Assembly (NCBI GenBank): GCA_035620375.1
Contig: DASPGX010000015.1
Coordinates: 1-58,941, forward strand
Origin: Minisyncoccota bacterium
GTDB taxonomy: Bacteria; Patescibacteriota; Minisyncoccia; 2-02-FULL-40-12; GWA2-44-9
Direction of reading: 5' to 3'
Length of the DNA: 58,941 nucleotides
Shown here: positions 17,586 to 26,773 of the stretch, piece after piece
How positions within the stretch are numbered: the stretch's first letter is position 1
Layout: each line of letters opens with the position of its first letter
Made by a program: the position numbers and the translations under genes
The notes under the pieces: generated by a model
Seen by the model: only the letters and a program-made list of their open reading frames with translations
Database searches by the model: none
Told to the model about the DNA's origin: nothing

Positions 17586-17735
17586 TGACCTACCTCTATT
17601 GGAAAGGGTCCGGAATGCAGCATTTTGCAATATAAGAACGGAGGGGTCAAGACGCGGAGCGTGCGCCCGGCGAACCCTTGCCATATGACAAAGGTGTGGC
17701 ATATTGCCCCATCCTTTCCCAACCAAGGAGGGAAT

Positions 17736-18515
17736 GTGCGGTTTGTCCACGACGACCTCTGCTCCGGCGTCCACTCGCACGGCAGGTCCAACAATCTGGG
17801 CTTTACGGCCACGTTCAGCGACGGCGGAGAAAGGCGATGGGAATTCTCCACGCCAGGGTTCGCGGAGGGCGCATCGCTCAAGGAGACCATCCCGGCAGGT
17901 CCGTTCGCCGGAGCGGCGTTGTTCGCCTTCCTTGCCGGCGCGATATTTCTGGACTGGCAGTCGCACTGCATATTCTGCCTGCTGCTTACACTGGCGGGGT
18001 GGTACCTCTTCTCCACTGCCGTCGTCGCGCTATTCGTCGTGGTCTGGTACGGCATGCTCCGCGGGCCGCATGACTGGAAATACTGGCACTCGTGCGAGCA
18101 CCGCGTCATCCTGCTGATGCGCAAGGGCATCCTTCCGGATATCCGGTCACTCGCCTCCATGCGCGACTACACCATCGCCTGCGGGTCGGTGCACGCGCTT
18201 GTCGTCTTTACAGGATTTCTGGCGTTGGGTCTGTTCATCATGAGTTCCTCGCCGGTACTTTCCGCACTGAACCTGTACATCTGGCCGGTCGCCATCGCGA
18301 CGTTCCTGGGACTCCCGTTCACGGCTCGTCCGTGGTGGCAGGCTCTCGCGACGCCGCTGTTCGCGGTTCCCATGCTCTTGCAGAAGTACGGCGTACTGCG
18401 ACGGCCGACGCCATTTCACCTGCGACATACGGTCCGCAACTTCAACAAGTTCCTCGACGAGAACCCGGAGCTTGTCGCACTGACGCGCGCGGCAGCCGGA
18501 AAGGAGCACTGGTAG
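17736..18515 (+). CDS. Polytopic membrane protein, distant DUF1385-like
   Basis: SD AAGGAGGG before the GTG at 17736. WHSCEHRVI and ACGSVH resemble the YHGAEHKVI / RCGSSF motifs of DUF1385. The N-terminal GGQAVIEGV motif is absent. Confidence 0.45.
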   Translation: MRFVHDDLCSGVHSHGRSNNLGFTATFSDGGERRWEFSTPGFAEGASLKETIPAGPFAGAALFAFLAGAIFLDWQSHCIFCLLLTLAGWYLFSTAVVALFVVVWYGMLRGPHDWKYWHSCEHRVILLMRKGILPDIRSLASMRDYTIACGSVHALVVFTGFLALGLFIMSSSPVLSALNLYIWPVAIATFLGLPFTARPWWQALATPLFAVPMLLQKYGVLRRPTPFHLRHTVRNFNKFLDENPELVALTRAAAGKEHW

Positions 18516-18517
18516 CA

Positions 18518-18850
18518 ATGAGGCGGCTCATTGAGAAAATCACCGGCATCCGCTTCAGGAACGACAAACACTTCGGCCATGCGGTCGCTTCGCTGGTGCT
18601 GTTCGCAGTCGTCACTACGGTTGCTGTCATCGCTGAACGTATGGATGGGATTGCCGCTGTTCTCCTTCCCGCGGAGCTCTGGTTTATCCTTGGCTGCTTC
18701 TTTCTCGGGGTTTCGCGCGCCGCAGTCAGGCATGTAAGGGAAGGCACCCGCACAGACGTCTATAGTTCGGACTGCATCTGGTTCAACGCGGTGATGTGCG
18801 GGGCATGCTTCGTCCTGTGCGCGTTCGCCGTCTGGATTCTGCTACCATGA
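18518..18850 (+). CDS. Small membrane protein (110 aa), paralog of next gene
   Basis: Three hydrophobic segments. Shares the ...CIWFN... motif with 18847-19161. Confidence 0.5.
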   Translation: MRRLIEKITGIRFRNDKHFGHAVASLVLFAVVTTVAVIAERMDGIAAVLLPAELWFILGCFFLGVSRAAVRHVREGTRTDVYSSDCIWFNAVMCGACFVLCAFAVWILLP

Positions 18851-19161
18851 CCGTCGACTGGTGGGCGCTCATCACCGAGTTCAGCGGCCCCCAGCACCTG
18901 CTGTGGGCGGGCATGGCCGCATTCGTCATGATGACCTTCCTGGTGACGGCGGCGAAGAACATTGCGGTCGGCGTCGCGGAAGGATTCATGTATGCCGCCA
19001 TATTCGGCTTTGTGTCCCATGCGGCGTGGCATCAGGTGTTCGTGCTCGGCGAGGAAACGTACAGTTTCACGGTGCACTGCATCTGGTTCAACGGCCTGCT
19101 GTCGCTCGCGTACGTTCTGCTGTCCCTCATGCTTGTGCGCAGGGCGCTGTTCGGACGCTAA
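18847..19161 (+). CDS. Small membrane protein (104 aa), paralog of previous gene
   Basis: ATGA overlap with the upstream stop. HCIWFNGLLSLAYVLL parallels DCIWFNAVMCGACFVL. Confidence 0.5.
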   Translation: MTVDWWALITEFSGPQHLLWAGMAAFVMMTFLVTAAKNIAVGVAEGFMYAAIFGFVSHAAWHQVFVLGEETYSFTVHCIWFNGLLSLAYVLLSLMLVRRALFGR

Positions 19162-19187
19162 AACCCCTCCGGTTTCCCGGAGGGGTT
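19162..19187. terminator. Bidirectional hairpin terminator
   Basis: AACCCCUCCGG-UUUC-CCGGAGGGGUU between convergent genes. Confidence 0.6.
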
Positions 19188-19202
19188 CTTCGTCTGGCGG
19201 AC

Positions 19203-20039
19203 TCAGGACGCGGATTCCCCGAATGCCCCGAGAATCCGCTGAGCGGCGTCCCGGTCCATGAAGTGCACCCTGACGAGGTCGTCCAGGACGTCGCCGACGA
19301 TTTCGGAGTCCGTGCGGCGGTTATTCACGACGATGGAGGTCTTCAGGCTCGCTTTCTCCTGATAGCCGGTCTTCCGGATGTTCCCGGCGAACTGCCATGC
19401 GGCGGCGCGGGAGCTTTTCACGTCGTAGATGAGCCAGCGGTTTCCCCGCGGGCCCGGTGAACGGAGCCGCAGGCTGACGTCGTCGCCCATGTGGTCGCGC
19501 ACGCTCGGCATACCGCTGAGCGGATCGTGCCGCCGTGAGCGGCTGACCCGCACAGAGCGCACCACGTCCGGAAAGGACGCACGGAGAATGTCCGCCAGCC
19601 GCTTCATCAGCTGATGGAAGCGGTCTTCGTTGTGTTCGCCGCGGCGTTCCGCCTTCCTGGCGTGCCAGGCCGGACCGCGGTATTTCTTCCGCTTCACCGG
19701 CGCCGGCACTGCCGGAACGGGCCGGTGTACCGCACGCGGCTTTGCGGCCGCAGACGGCTCCGGCTGCTTGCGCGTCACGGTCGCCTTCGCCCCCGTGAAC
19801 TCGCAGGTCAGCGCGCCGTCCTTCTCCAGAAGCTGGAGCGCACGCAGCGCAACGGTGCGTCCCTGGTAGAGGCCGTACCCGAAGCGGTCCAGAAGCACGT
19901 CGCGGGCGATGTCGCCCACGACGTCCTCGGATTCCGCGCTCTTGCGTGCATCCAGATACTCCAGAATGCGCCGCTGCACCTTCGGGTCAACGGCCCCCGA
20001 CTTCACGGGACGGGGCGCCGGTATCTTGATAATGAGCAT
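19203..20039 (-). CDS. Hypothetical protein: N-terminal winged-helix-like region, basic/Pro-rich linker, C-terminal putative PD-(D/E)XK nuclease fold
   Basis: C-terminal half has E (NEDRF)...GDDVSL...IYDVKSS spacing typical of E-D-(D/E)xK nucleases. The N-terminal region looks HTH-like. Motif-level inference only. Confidence 0.55.
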   Translation of the reverse strand: MLIIKIPAPRPVKSGAVDPKVQRRILEYLDARKSAESEDVVGDIARDVLLDRFGYGLYQGRTVALRALQLLEKDGALTCEFTGAKATVTRKQPEPSAAAKPRAVHRPVPAVPAPVKRKKYRGPAWHARKAERRGEHNEDRFHQLMKRLADILRASFPDVVRSVRVSRSRRHDPLSGMPSVRDHMGDDVSLRLRSPGPRGNRWLIYDVKSSRAAAWQFAGNIRKTGYQEKASLKTSIVVNNRRTDSEIVGDVLDDLVRVHFMDRDAAQRILGAFGESAS

Positions 20040-20080
20040 TCATCTCCCCCGGGAATACGGACAAAACATTTATTATAATA

Positions 20081-21034
20081 TCACAAATCGGCGCGTGCGT
20101 CCAGAATGACGGCCCTGACCGAATCCAGGTCGCGGCAGGCCATCATTTTCCCACGGAGTTCGGCCGCGCCCGGCCATTCGGACACGTAGGCCTTGAAGAA
20201 CTTCTTCATCAGGTCAAAGGACTTGGTGCCGCCCCAGTGCGACATCCACCGCTCCGCGTGGTTCAGGGCGAGTTCCAGCCGTTCCACAGGCGAATGCTCC
20301 CGCTGTTGAGAGGCAAACAGCCACGGATTCCTGAAGATGCCCCGACCGACCATGATGCCGTCAACTTCCCATGCCTTTGCAAGCTCCTCGCCCTGCGTCC
20401 GGGAGAACACGTCGCCGTTTCCGACGACGGGAATTCCCGTTCCGCGGGCCATCTGTACGACCCGGCCGATGAGGTCCCAGTGAGCAGGAACCTTGGACAT
20501 CTCCTTCATCGTGCGGCCGTGCACGATGAGCGCGTCCGGCTTGGTTTCCAGGAGCGCCGGTATCCACGTTTCCATCTCGTCCGTCCGGTACAGCCCAAGG
20601 CGCGTCTTCACCGATGTCGGTCCGCCAAAGCCCTCGCGGAGCGCATGGATGATGGCCTGCGCACGGGCGGGGTCCTTCGCCAGCGCGATGCCCGCCCCCT
20701 GTTTGAGGACGGAGCGGTCCGGGCATCCCATGTTCACGTCCACGCCGTCGTATCCGAGTTCGCGGGCAAGTTTGCCCGCAGCGAGAAAATGCTCCGGCTC
20801 CGTGCCGAAGAACTGCGCCACGATGGGGTGGTCGGCATCCGTAAGCGCCAAATCAAGCATGAGCTTCGGACGCCCGGGCGAATTCAGGCCATGCGCGGAA
20901 ACGAACTCGGTATAGAACACATCAGGCCTGCCGCACTCCGCGACGACGCTCCGGAACGGAACGTCCGTGACGTCAGCCATGGGCGCAAGCACGAAGAACG
21001 GCCGGGGAAGTTTGGTCCAGAAACTGTCGGGCAT
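20081..21034 (-). CDS. tRNA-dihydrouridine synthase (Dus family)
   Basis: FVLAPMADVTDVPFR, TIM-barrel FMN motifs, HGR. Start set at MPDSFW. Confidence 0.9.
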   Translation of the reverse strand: MPDSFWTKLPRPFFVLAPMADVTDVPFRSVVAECGRPDVFYTEFVSAHGLNSPGRPKLMLDLALTDADHPIVAQFFGTEPEHFLAAGKLARELGYDGVDVNMGCPDRSVLKQGAGIALAKDPARAQAIIHALREGFGGPTSVKTRLGLYRTDEMETWIPALLETKPDALIVHGRTMKEMSKVPAHWDLIGRVVQMARGTGIPVVGNGDVFSRTQGEELAKAWEVDGIMVGRGIFRNPWLFASQQREHSPVERLELALNHAERWMSHWGGTKSFDLMKKFFKAYVSEWPGAAELRGKMMACRDLDSVRAVILDARADL

Positions 21035-21111
21035 GCGTTGATGGTATACGAACCGCCCTGATGAAACAAAAAGGAGGGGGAGTCTCCTCCCCCTCCTGAA
21101 CACGATGCCGA

Positions 21112-22932
21112 CTACTGCTTCTTCTTGAGCAGCTCCGCCAGCTCCTCGTCCGTCATCTCGTTGATGCGCTTGCGCGCGTCGGCGCCGTCGTCGGCGCTCC
21201 GCTCTTCGCGCCGCAGGTTCTGCGTCGCGGAGCGGACCTCGTTCTGGACGTCGGACGCCTGCAGGACGACGTTCCGGTTGTTGAACGCGAGCATCGGCTC
21301 CACGTCCTGACCGGAGGCGATGAACGCGATGTCCACCTCGTCGCCTTCCCGCGTGAGCGGGAGCTTGGGCGACAGCTCGCTGGAGCCCGTGAACAGGTGC
21401 GGAATGTCCGCGAGCTGGACGAAGTACATCGTGCTGCCATCGCGGACCTCCGCGGCGATGCGGACCACGGCGCCGGTCAGGTAGTTCCGGTCGTGCGCCG
21501 TGTCAAAGCCTTCCTTTGAGCCGCCCTGCGCGAGCATCGACTGGTACTTGCGGTACGCCTCGTTGATGCTCTCGCCGATGGCGGTCTGCAGGTTGTCCAC
21601 GCGGACAAGGGCGACGCCCTGGAACGTGGACGCCTCACCGAGAATCGGCACGACGTCCGTCATCACGCCGCTGATGTTGTACAGGACGGGGTCGGTGCCG
21701 TGCCAACGCTTGAAGTGCACCTCGTTGTTGACCGCGGCGAGCACCGCATCCGACGTGTTGCCCGCGACGTTGTAGCGGACGGACTTGCCCGTGCGGGTGT
21801 GCGTGTAGATGAACGCGACCAGCGACGAGTCGCCCGACGTGGACGTCACTCCGGTGACCCAGTACGGCTCGCTGTCCGAACCGTAGATGATGCTGGGATA
21901 GTCCGCTTCGGTCAGTCCGGCCTGGGCTCCGACGATGGGCAGGATGTTCCAGAATCCGTTCGCGAGCACGCCGTTCATGTCGATGTACGACTCCGTGACC
22001 CAGCCCGGCATGACGCGGTCCACCCAGTCGGGAATCTCACCCAGCTTGTGGAACGTCATGTCCCCGGTTTCGGGGTCCACGATGACCGCGCCCTCCACGA
22101 CCTCGCCCCACCAGCGGACGGTGGGATGAAAGACCGTAACGACCCACCAGGGCTTGCCGGTATCGTCCAGCTCCAGCGACCAGTCGGTCAGTCCCTTGTT
22201 CGGGTACTTCCGCCAGACGTGCCGCTCCAGATTCTTTCCGAACCAGGCCTCGGGCGTGTACTGGAATTCGTGGTCCGTCTTCACGACGACCTGCGCGAGC
22301 GGGTCCTCGGCGTTGACCATGACGTAGCCGGGCGTATGCCCGACGTTGCTCCAGACCCCGTACCCGTTGAAGTCCAGGTGGGTGACGTACCAGAGGTCCC
22401 CGCGGACCTTCTGGAGCGTCATGAAGCCGTCGGCGACGTGGAACTGGCTGCCGATGGCGCCGATTTCCCCCAGGCGCTTGTCGGCGCGGAAGATGGCGTT
22501 CTCCAGCGGAACCAGCCGTACGTGCGCGGGATCCTTGGGCTGGACGTCCTGCGTCCACTCACGGACCGGCACGTCGCCGATGAGCCCGCTGTAGTGGCTC
22601 GTATGGAGCGCATCGCATCCGGAGATGCCGAGGATCAAATAGAGCGCGAAGCCTCCGATTGCGAAGACCCAACTGACGGAGGCCTTGCTGTCGCCGTAGT
22701 TCCGGTCAACGCTTGAGACGAACGCACCGATTACCCACACGAACACGGTCAGAAAACCGGCGGCCCCGAACAGCGGCCACACCAGCGACGGCGCCGCGCC
22801 GTAATAGATCCACCAGCTGAGCAGGAAGGTCACGACGCCGGCGACCGCAGCTCCCGCGAACCGTGCCGTCAGAACCAGGGGTATGACGCCGGCAACCGCC
22901 GTGGCGAGCGCCAGAATGACCGACATGTCCAT
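21112..22932 (-). CDS. Hypothetical membrane protein (about 4 N-terminal TM helices plus ~450-aa extracytoplasmic domain)
   Basis: 606-aa ORF preceded by a near-consensus promoter. Family not recognised. Confidence 0.75.
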   Translation of the reverse strand: MDMSVILALATAVAGVIPLVLTARFAGAAVAGVVTFLLSWWIYYGAAPSLVWPLFGAAGFLTVFVWVIGAFVSSVDRNYGDSKASVSWVFAIGGFALYLILGISGCDALHTSHYSGLIGDVPVREWTQDVQPKDPAHVRLVPLENAIFRADKRLGEIGAIGSQFHVADGFMTLQKVRGDLWYVTHLDFNGYGVWSNVGHTPGYVMVNAEDPLAQVVVKTDHEFQYTPEAWFGKNLERHVWRKYPNKGLTDWSLELDDTGKPWWVVTVFHPTVRWWGEVVEGAVIVDPETGDMTFHKLGEIPDWVDRVMPGWVTESYIDMNGVLANGFWNILPIVGAQAGLTEADYPSIIYGSDSEPYWVTGVTSTSGDSSLVAFIYTHTRTGKSVRYNVAGNTSDAVLAAVNNEVHFKRWHGTDPVLYNISGVMTDVVPILGEASTFQGVALVRVDNLQTAIGESINEAYRKYQSMLAQGGSKEGFDTAHDRNYLTGAVVRIAAEVRDGSTMYFVQLADIPHLFTGSSELSPKLPLTREGDEVDIAFIASGQDVEPMLAFNNRNVVLQASDVQNEVRSATQNLRREERSADDGADARKRINEMTDEELAELLKKKQ

Positions 22933-22991
22933 CGGATTACCCTCTCTTTCAGAGTTGGGAACGAACGGAAAAGCCGCCCGTAACGGTGTAT

Positions 22992-23020
22992 ATTATACCT
23001 TATATTTATAGACAGGTCAA
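22992..23020 (-). promoter_or_regulatory. Near-consensus sigma70 promoter for 21112-22932
   Basis: Minus strand TTGACC-N17-TATAAT inside an AT-rich patch. The -35 lies in one arm of the palindrome ACAGGTCAA-N-TTGACCTGT (23012-23039). Confidence 0.55.
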
Positions 23021-23428
23021 TCAGGCCACGTTGACCTGTTTTCCCTTGGGGGAGGAGACGAGGTTCACCTGGATGGTGCGGCTTCCGACGGGAGTTCCGT
23101 CCAGGTCCACCTTCAGTTCGTACGCGCCCGGCGCGGCAAACTGCATATTCTCAAAGTTGGCGATGACCTGGAAATTCGCGCTTTTCACCGTCACGGAGAG
23201 CGACGTCCGGGCCAGTTCCTTGCCGTCGGGACCGGCAACCGCCGTGTTCAGGGCGTACGTGCCGGTTTCCGGCACGTCCAGATTCACCACCAGGGCGAAA
23301 TGCGGATATGCGAACGGAAACTTGTCCGCATTGATAGTGCTGAAAATATTGATGAGGTTCAGGTTATTGGTGCCCGCGGACAAAAAGGCCTCGCGGCACG
23401 TGATTATAAAGTTGGTTTTGATTTCCAT
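23021..23428 (-). CDS. Hypothetical small beta-rich protein (135 aa)
   Basis: Start set at MEIKTNF. The 5' part is AT-richer than its surroundings. No motif recognised. Confidence 0.5.
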   Translation of the reverse strand: MEIKTNFIITCREAFLSAGTNNLNLINIFSTINADKFPFAYPHFALVVNLDVPETGTYALNTAVAGPDGKELARTSLSVTVKSANFQVIANFENMQFAAPGAYELKVDLDGTPVGSRTIQVNLVSSPKGKQVNVA

Positions 23429-23539
23429 TCCGGTCGTGGCGATTCCGTCCTCGCCATTCTTTAATAATAATATTTGAACCCGTTGCCTACCCGGACGGTC
23501 GGTATCGCCGCAACCGTCATGGACGGGGTGGAGTAGGCC

Positions 23540-23565
23540 GCATGACGGACTGACGTCCGTCATGC
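23540..23565 (-). terminator. Hairpin downstream of alaS
   Basis: GCAUGACGGAC-loop-GUCCGUCAUGC (11 bp), 7 nt after the alaS stop. Confidence 0.5.
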
Positions 23566-23571
23566 GAGGGA

Positions 23572-25302
23572 TCAGGGCTGCACCGTAGCGCGGATGCGGC
23601 GCGTGCCCGCTCCCACCGCCTCCTCCTTGATGATGCGGACTGTACCGATTTCTCCGGTGTGTGTCACGTGCGGACCGCCACAGAACTCCTTGGAGAACGC
23701 CGAGCCAAGGTCCTTGCCGACGTAATAAACGTTCACGGGGTCGGGATATTTCTCCTTGAAGAAGAACAGCGCGCCGGTTTTCTCCGCCTCGGCCTTGGGC
23801 ATGACCTCCTTGTTCACCGGTAAATCCTTGCCGATGATGTCATTTACGATGTCCTGAACTCCTGTGATTTCCTCATCGGTCAGCTTGCGCGGGAACGAGA
23901 AGTCAAAACGTGTGCGCTCCACGGTGATGTCGCTGCCGGCCTGCTGAACCTCGTCTCCCAACACCTTGCGCAGCGCCGCATGCAGAAGATGCGTCGCCGT
24001 GTGCAGACGTGTAACCACTTTCAGTTCACTTTCGTCCGCGGCCTTAAGCTCGCCGGTATCCAGAAGCAGACCGTGTCCCCCAAACTTTTTCTCGGCTCCC
24101 GCGCGCGATTTCTCCTGATGCTCGCGGAACCGTTCGTCAAAGTCCCCGCGCGTCAGGTCTTTGGCCGAATCTCCGCCGAGTTCTTTTATGATTTCATAGG
24201 GAAGACCGAACGACTCGTAGAGCCGGAAGGCGGCGGCTGAATCAATAACCGGCAGTTTGGCCATTTCCTTGAGACCATGCTTGAGCGTCCGAGAAAACTT
24301 TTCCTTCTCGTGAACGAACACTTCGCGGACGACCGTCGCATCAAGTTCCGGATAGTCGCCCTGATAAGCAATAACGACCGCATCCAGTATCTGCGACGCA
24401 TCAAATGACCCGCTGCTGAGGTGCTCATGTACGATGACGCGGCGCATCAGGCGGCGCAGGACGTATCCCTGTTCCTTGTTGGACGGACGGACGCCGTCGG
24501 CAATCATGAACGCGACGGCCCGCGCATGGTCGGCGACGATACGGCGGGTGCGCGCACCGATTGATTCCGGCAGCAGCGCCATCATCGGCGCGAACAGGTC
24601 CGTCTCAAAAACGGTTTCCGCCTTCTGCACGACCTTCGCCAGACGCTCCAGTCCCATGCCCGTATCTATCCCCTGCGTCTTCAGGGGCCCCAGGGAGCCG
24701 TCCTTGGACTGGTAGTACTGATTGAACACGACATTCCAGATTTCAATGCCGTCAACGTAGATTTCCGTCGTCGGCCCGCAAGGACCCTCGTCCCCCGTCG
24801 GTCCCCAGAAGTTGTCGGCGCGTCCTGCTTTTCGCACCTGGACGTCCGGCGCGATTTCCCTCCAGATAGCCGCGGATTCCGTGTCCTCCGGCACCCCTTG
24901 GCCTGAGCCAGTCGAAGGCTCTCCGCCGAACACAGTCACGTACTCGATTTCCAGCCCCAACTCCTTTGTGATGAATTCGTGCGCCCAGGCGATGGCATCT
25001 TTTTTGAAATAGTCGCCGAACGAAAAATTCCCGAGCATCTCAAAAAAAGTCAGATGGGACTCGTCGCCGACCTCGTCAATGTCGGACGTCCGGACGCATT
25101 TCTGGACGCTGGCAGTGTTCAGCGAACCGAAGTCCTTGGCCGCGTCGGCGTCGCCCGTGTAGTACGGCTTGAACTGCTGCATGCCCGCCGTCGTGAAGAG
25201 CACGGACGGATCGTCCGGCAGAAGCGGCGACGATTTCACCACGGCATGGCCGCGCGCGGCGAAGAAGTCCAGGAAGCGGCGACGGAGTTCGGCATGCTGC
25301 AT
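23572..25302 (-). CDS. alaS: Alanine--tRNA ligase, short form (catalytic, tRNA-recognition and editing domains; no C-Ala domain)
   Basis: FFAARGH...FTTAGMQQFKP, editing-domain HTATHLLHAAL and CGGPHV. Ends at ~576 aa. Confidence 0.9.
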   Translation of the reverse strand: MQHAELRRRFLDFFAARGHAVVKSSPLLPDDPSVLFTTAGMQQFKPYYTGDADAAKDFGSLNTASVQKCVRTSDIDEVGDESHLTFFEMLGNFSFGDYFKKDAIAWAHEFITKELGLEIEYVTVFGGEPSTGSGQGVPEDTESAAIWREIAPDVQVRKAGRADNFWGPTGDEGPCGPTTEIYVDGIEIWNVVFNQYYQSKDGSLGPLKTQGIDTGMGLERLAKVVQKAETVFETDLFAPMMALLPESIGARTRRIVADHARAVAFMIADGVRPSNKEQGYVLRRLMRRVIVHEHLSSGSFDASQILDAVVIAYQGDYPELDATVVREVFVHEKEKFSRTLKHGLKEMAKLPVIDSAAAFRLYESFGLPYEIIKELGGDSAKDLTRGDFDERFREHQEKSRAGAEKKFGGHGLLLDTGELKAADESELKVVTRLHTATHLLHAALRKVLGDEVQQAGSDITVERTRFDFSFPRKLTDEEITGVQDIVNDIIGKDLPVNKEVMPKAEAEKTGALFFFKEKYPDPVNVYYVGKDLGSAFSKEFCGGPHVTHTGEIGTVRIIKEEAVGAGTRRIRATVQP

Positions 25303-25366
25303 AACGACCCACGATACCACGGAAAACAGCCTCTATCAATGAAACGGCTCCGGTAGTACCGGAGCC

Positions 25367-25885
25367 TCATTCCCGCGGGGATCTGCGTCCGCTTCGCCAG
25401 ATGCCGACCGCGAGCATCCATGAGCCGATACAGAGGAGGATGTCCCCCGCGCTGCACCAGCCATAGTGCGAGAGGTCGAAATTATGGATGGGTATGACGT
25501 CGCCGAGCCACGCCAGCCGCGTATCGTCGGTGATGCGGACATAGCCAGGATTGTCAGACTCCGTGAGAATCGGCATGCGCCCGCCGTTCGCTGACGTGAC
25601 GAGGACGTTGCAGACGATGCCCGCGATGACGACGCAGACCGGCGCCCGCGCACGCACGAAGGTGAATCCGTAGACGAGGGTCAGGACGCCGAATACCGGC
25701 AGAAACCACGGCTCAAGGCCGGAAACAAGGCGCGTGCTCCACGCAAGCCCGGCGAGAATCACGGCCACGGCGAAGTCCAGCCGTCCCAGCTCCCTGCGCA
25801 TGTAGCCGGACGGATAGCCGGGATGCCGGACAATGGCGATGAACACCGCCACAAAACCGATACCCATAAGGGTTATGAAAGTCAC
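25367..25885 (-). CDS. Polytopic membrane protein (DUF5317-like)
   Basis: Five hydrophobic segments, ANGGRMP and SAGDILL motifs. Family assignment is from memory. Confidence 0.5.
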   Translation of the reverse strand: MTFITLMGIGFVAVFIAIVRHPGYPSGYMRRELGRLDFAVAVILAGLAWSTRLVSGLEPWFLPVFGVLTLVYGFTFVRARAPVCVVIAGIVCNVLVTSANGGRMPILTESDNPGYVRITDDTRLAWLGDVIPIHNFDLSHYGWCSAGDILLCIGSWMLAVGIWRSGRRSPRE

Positions 25886-25980
25886 CCGTCACCTCGTTTG
25901 TGAACGTGATTACCCATGATGTCCCCGCAGCGGCGTCGGGTCAAGAACGGAAAGGTCCCGGCATTGCCGGGACCCGGTCT

Positions 25981-26685
25981 TCACGGGACGTCGATGCGGA
26001 ACGTCACAGTGACGGAAACGCGGAGCTCGTCCTCGCCCGCCGGGAGCTCGGGAGCGGCTCCTGCGTCTTCGGACATCGCCGCCATCACGCGGGACGGACG
26101 CGCTTCCGGCCTGCCGAGCGCGGACTCCTGGTACGCGAGCACCGGGCCGAGGGTGATGCCCAGATCCGCGGCGCGGCTCTGCGCCCGCGTCAGCGCGTCC
26201 GCAATCGCCGAGCGTATTGCCTCGTCACGGAGCGCACGCGCATTACTGACCTCGAACTGCACGCCGTTGACGTTGGCGAAGTCGGGCACCGCATCCAGGA
26301 CGGCGGACGCGCGGTCGCGCGGAAGCCTGACCCGGAACTGCTGAACGGCGTAATACCCCTTGCGCTCCGGCCGGCCGTCGGACTTCTGCTCGTAATAGTC
26401 CTGCAGCTGGTAGTACTGCGACTTGATGTCGCGTTCGGGAACGCCGGCATCACGGAGCGCCGTCACCAGGCCCTGGGCGAGAACCGACTGGTTCTCCTCC
26501 GCCTCACGGCGCTTCTTGGCGGGCTTTCCCTGAACCGTCAGACTGACGACCGCACGGTCCGGAACGGCGGTAACCACCGCCTCGCCCGTGAACGCGACCG
26601 TGTACTCGCGCTCGGGAGCCTCATGCGCAAGCACGGGACCCGCGAACACGGCGACTGCGGCGCACAAAAGAACAAACGTACGCAT
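25981..26685 (-). CDS. SIMPL (DUF541) domain secreted protein
   Basis: SD AAGGAGG, signal peptide MRTFVLLCAAVAVFAGPVLA, SIMPL-like layout. Confidence 0.75.
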   Translation of the reverse strand: MRTFVLLCAAVAVFAGPVLAHEAPEREYTVAFTGEAVVTAVPDRAVVSLTVQGKPAKKRREAEENQSVLAQGLVTALRDAGVPERDIKSQYYQLQDYYEQKSDGRPERKGYYAVQQFRVRLPRDRASAVLDAVPDFANVNGVQFEVSNARALRDEAIRSAIADALTRAQSRAADLGITLGPVLAYQESALGRPEARPSRVMAAMSEDAGAAPELPAGEDELRVSVTVTFRIDVP

Positions 26686-26773
26686 TATCAGACCTCCTTG
26701 ATTCGTGAAACGACGCCCGACCATGGTAGCAGGTCAGCCCACAAGGGAAAGCCCCGCGTTCGCGGGGCGGTGT

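Noticed and set aside
16563-17966. N-terminally extended forms of tracked ORFs: MoxR to 17966, S13 to 4191, Dus to 21103, CorA to 32580, SIMPL to 26724, cupredoxin to 47774, 23021-23563.
   Set aside because: The extensions lack homology-like sequence. They overlap neighbouring genes or tRNAs. Internal starts give the canonical N-termini, often with an SD.
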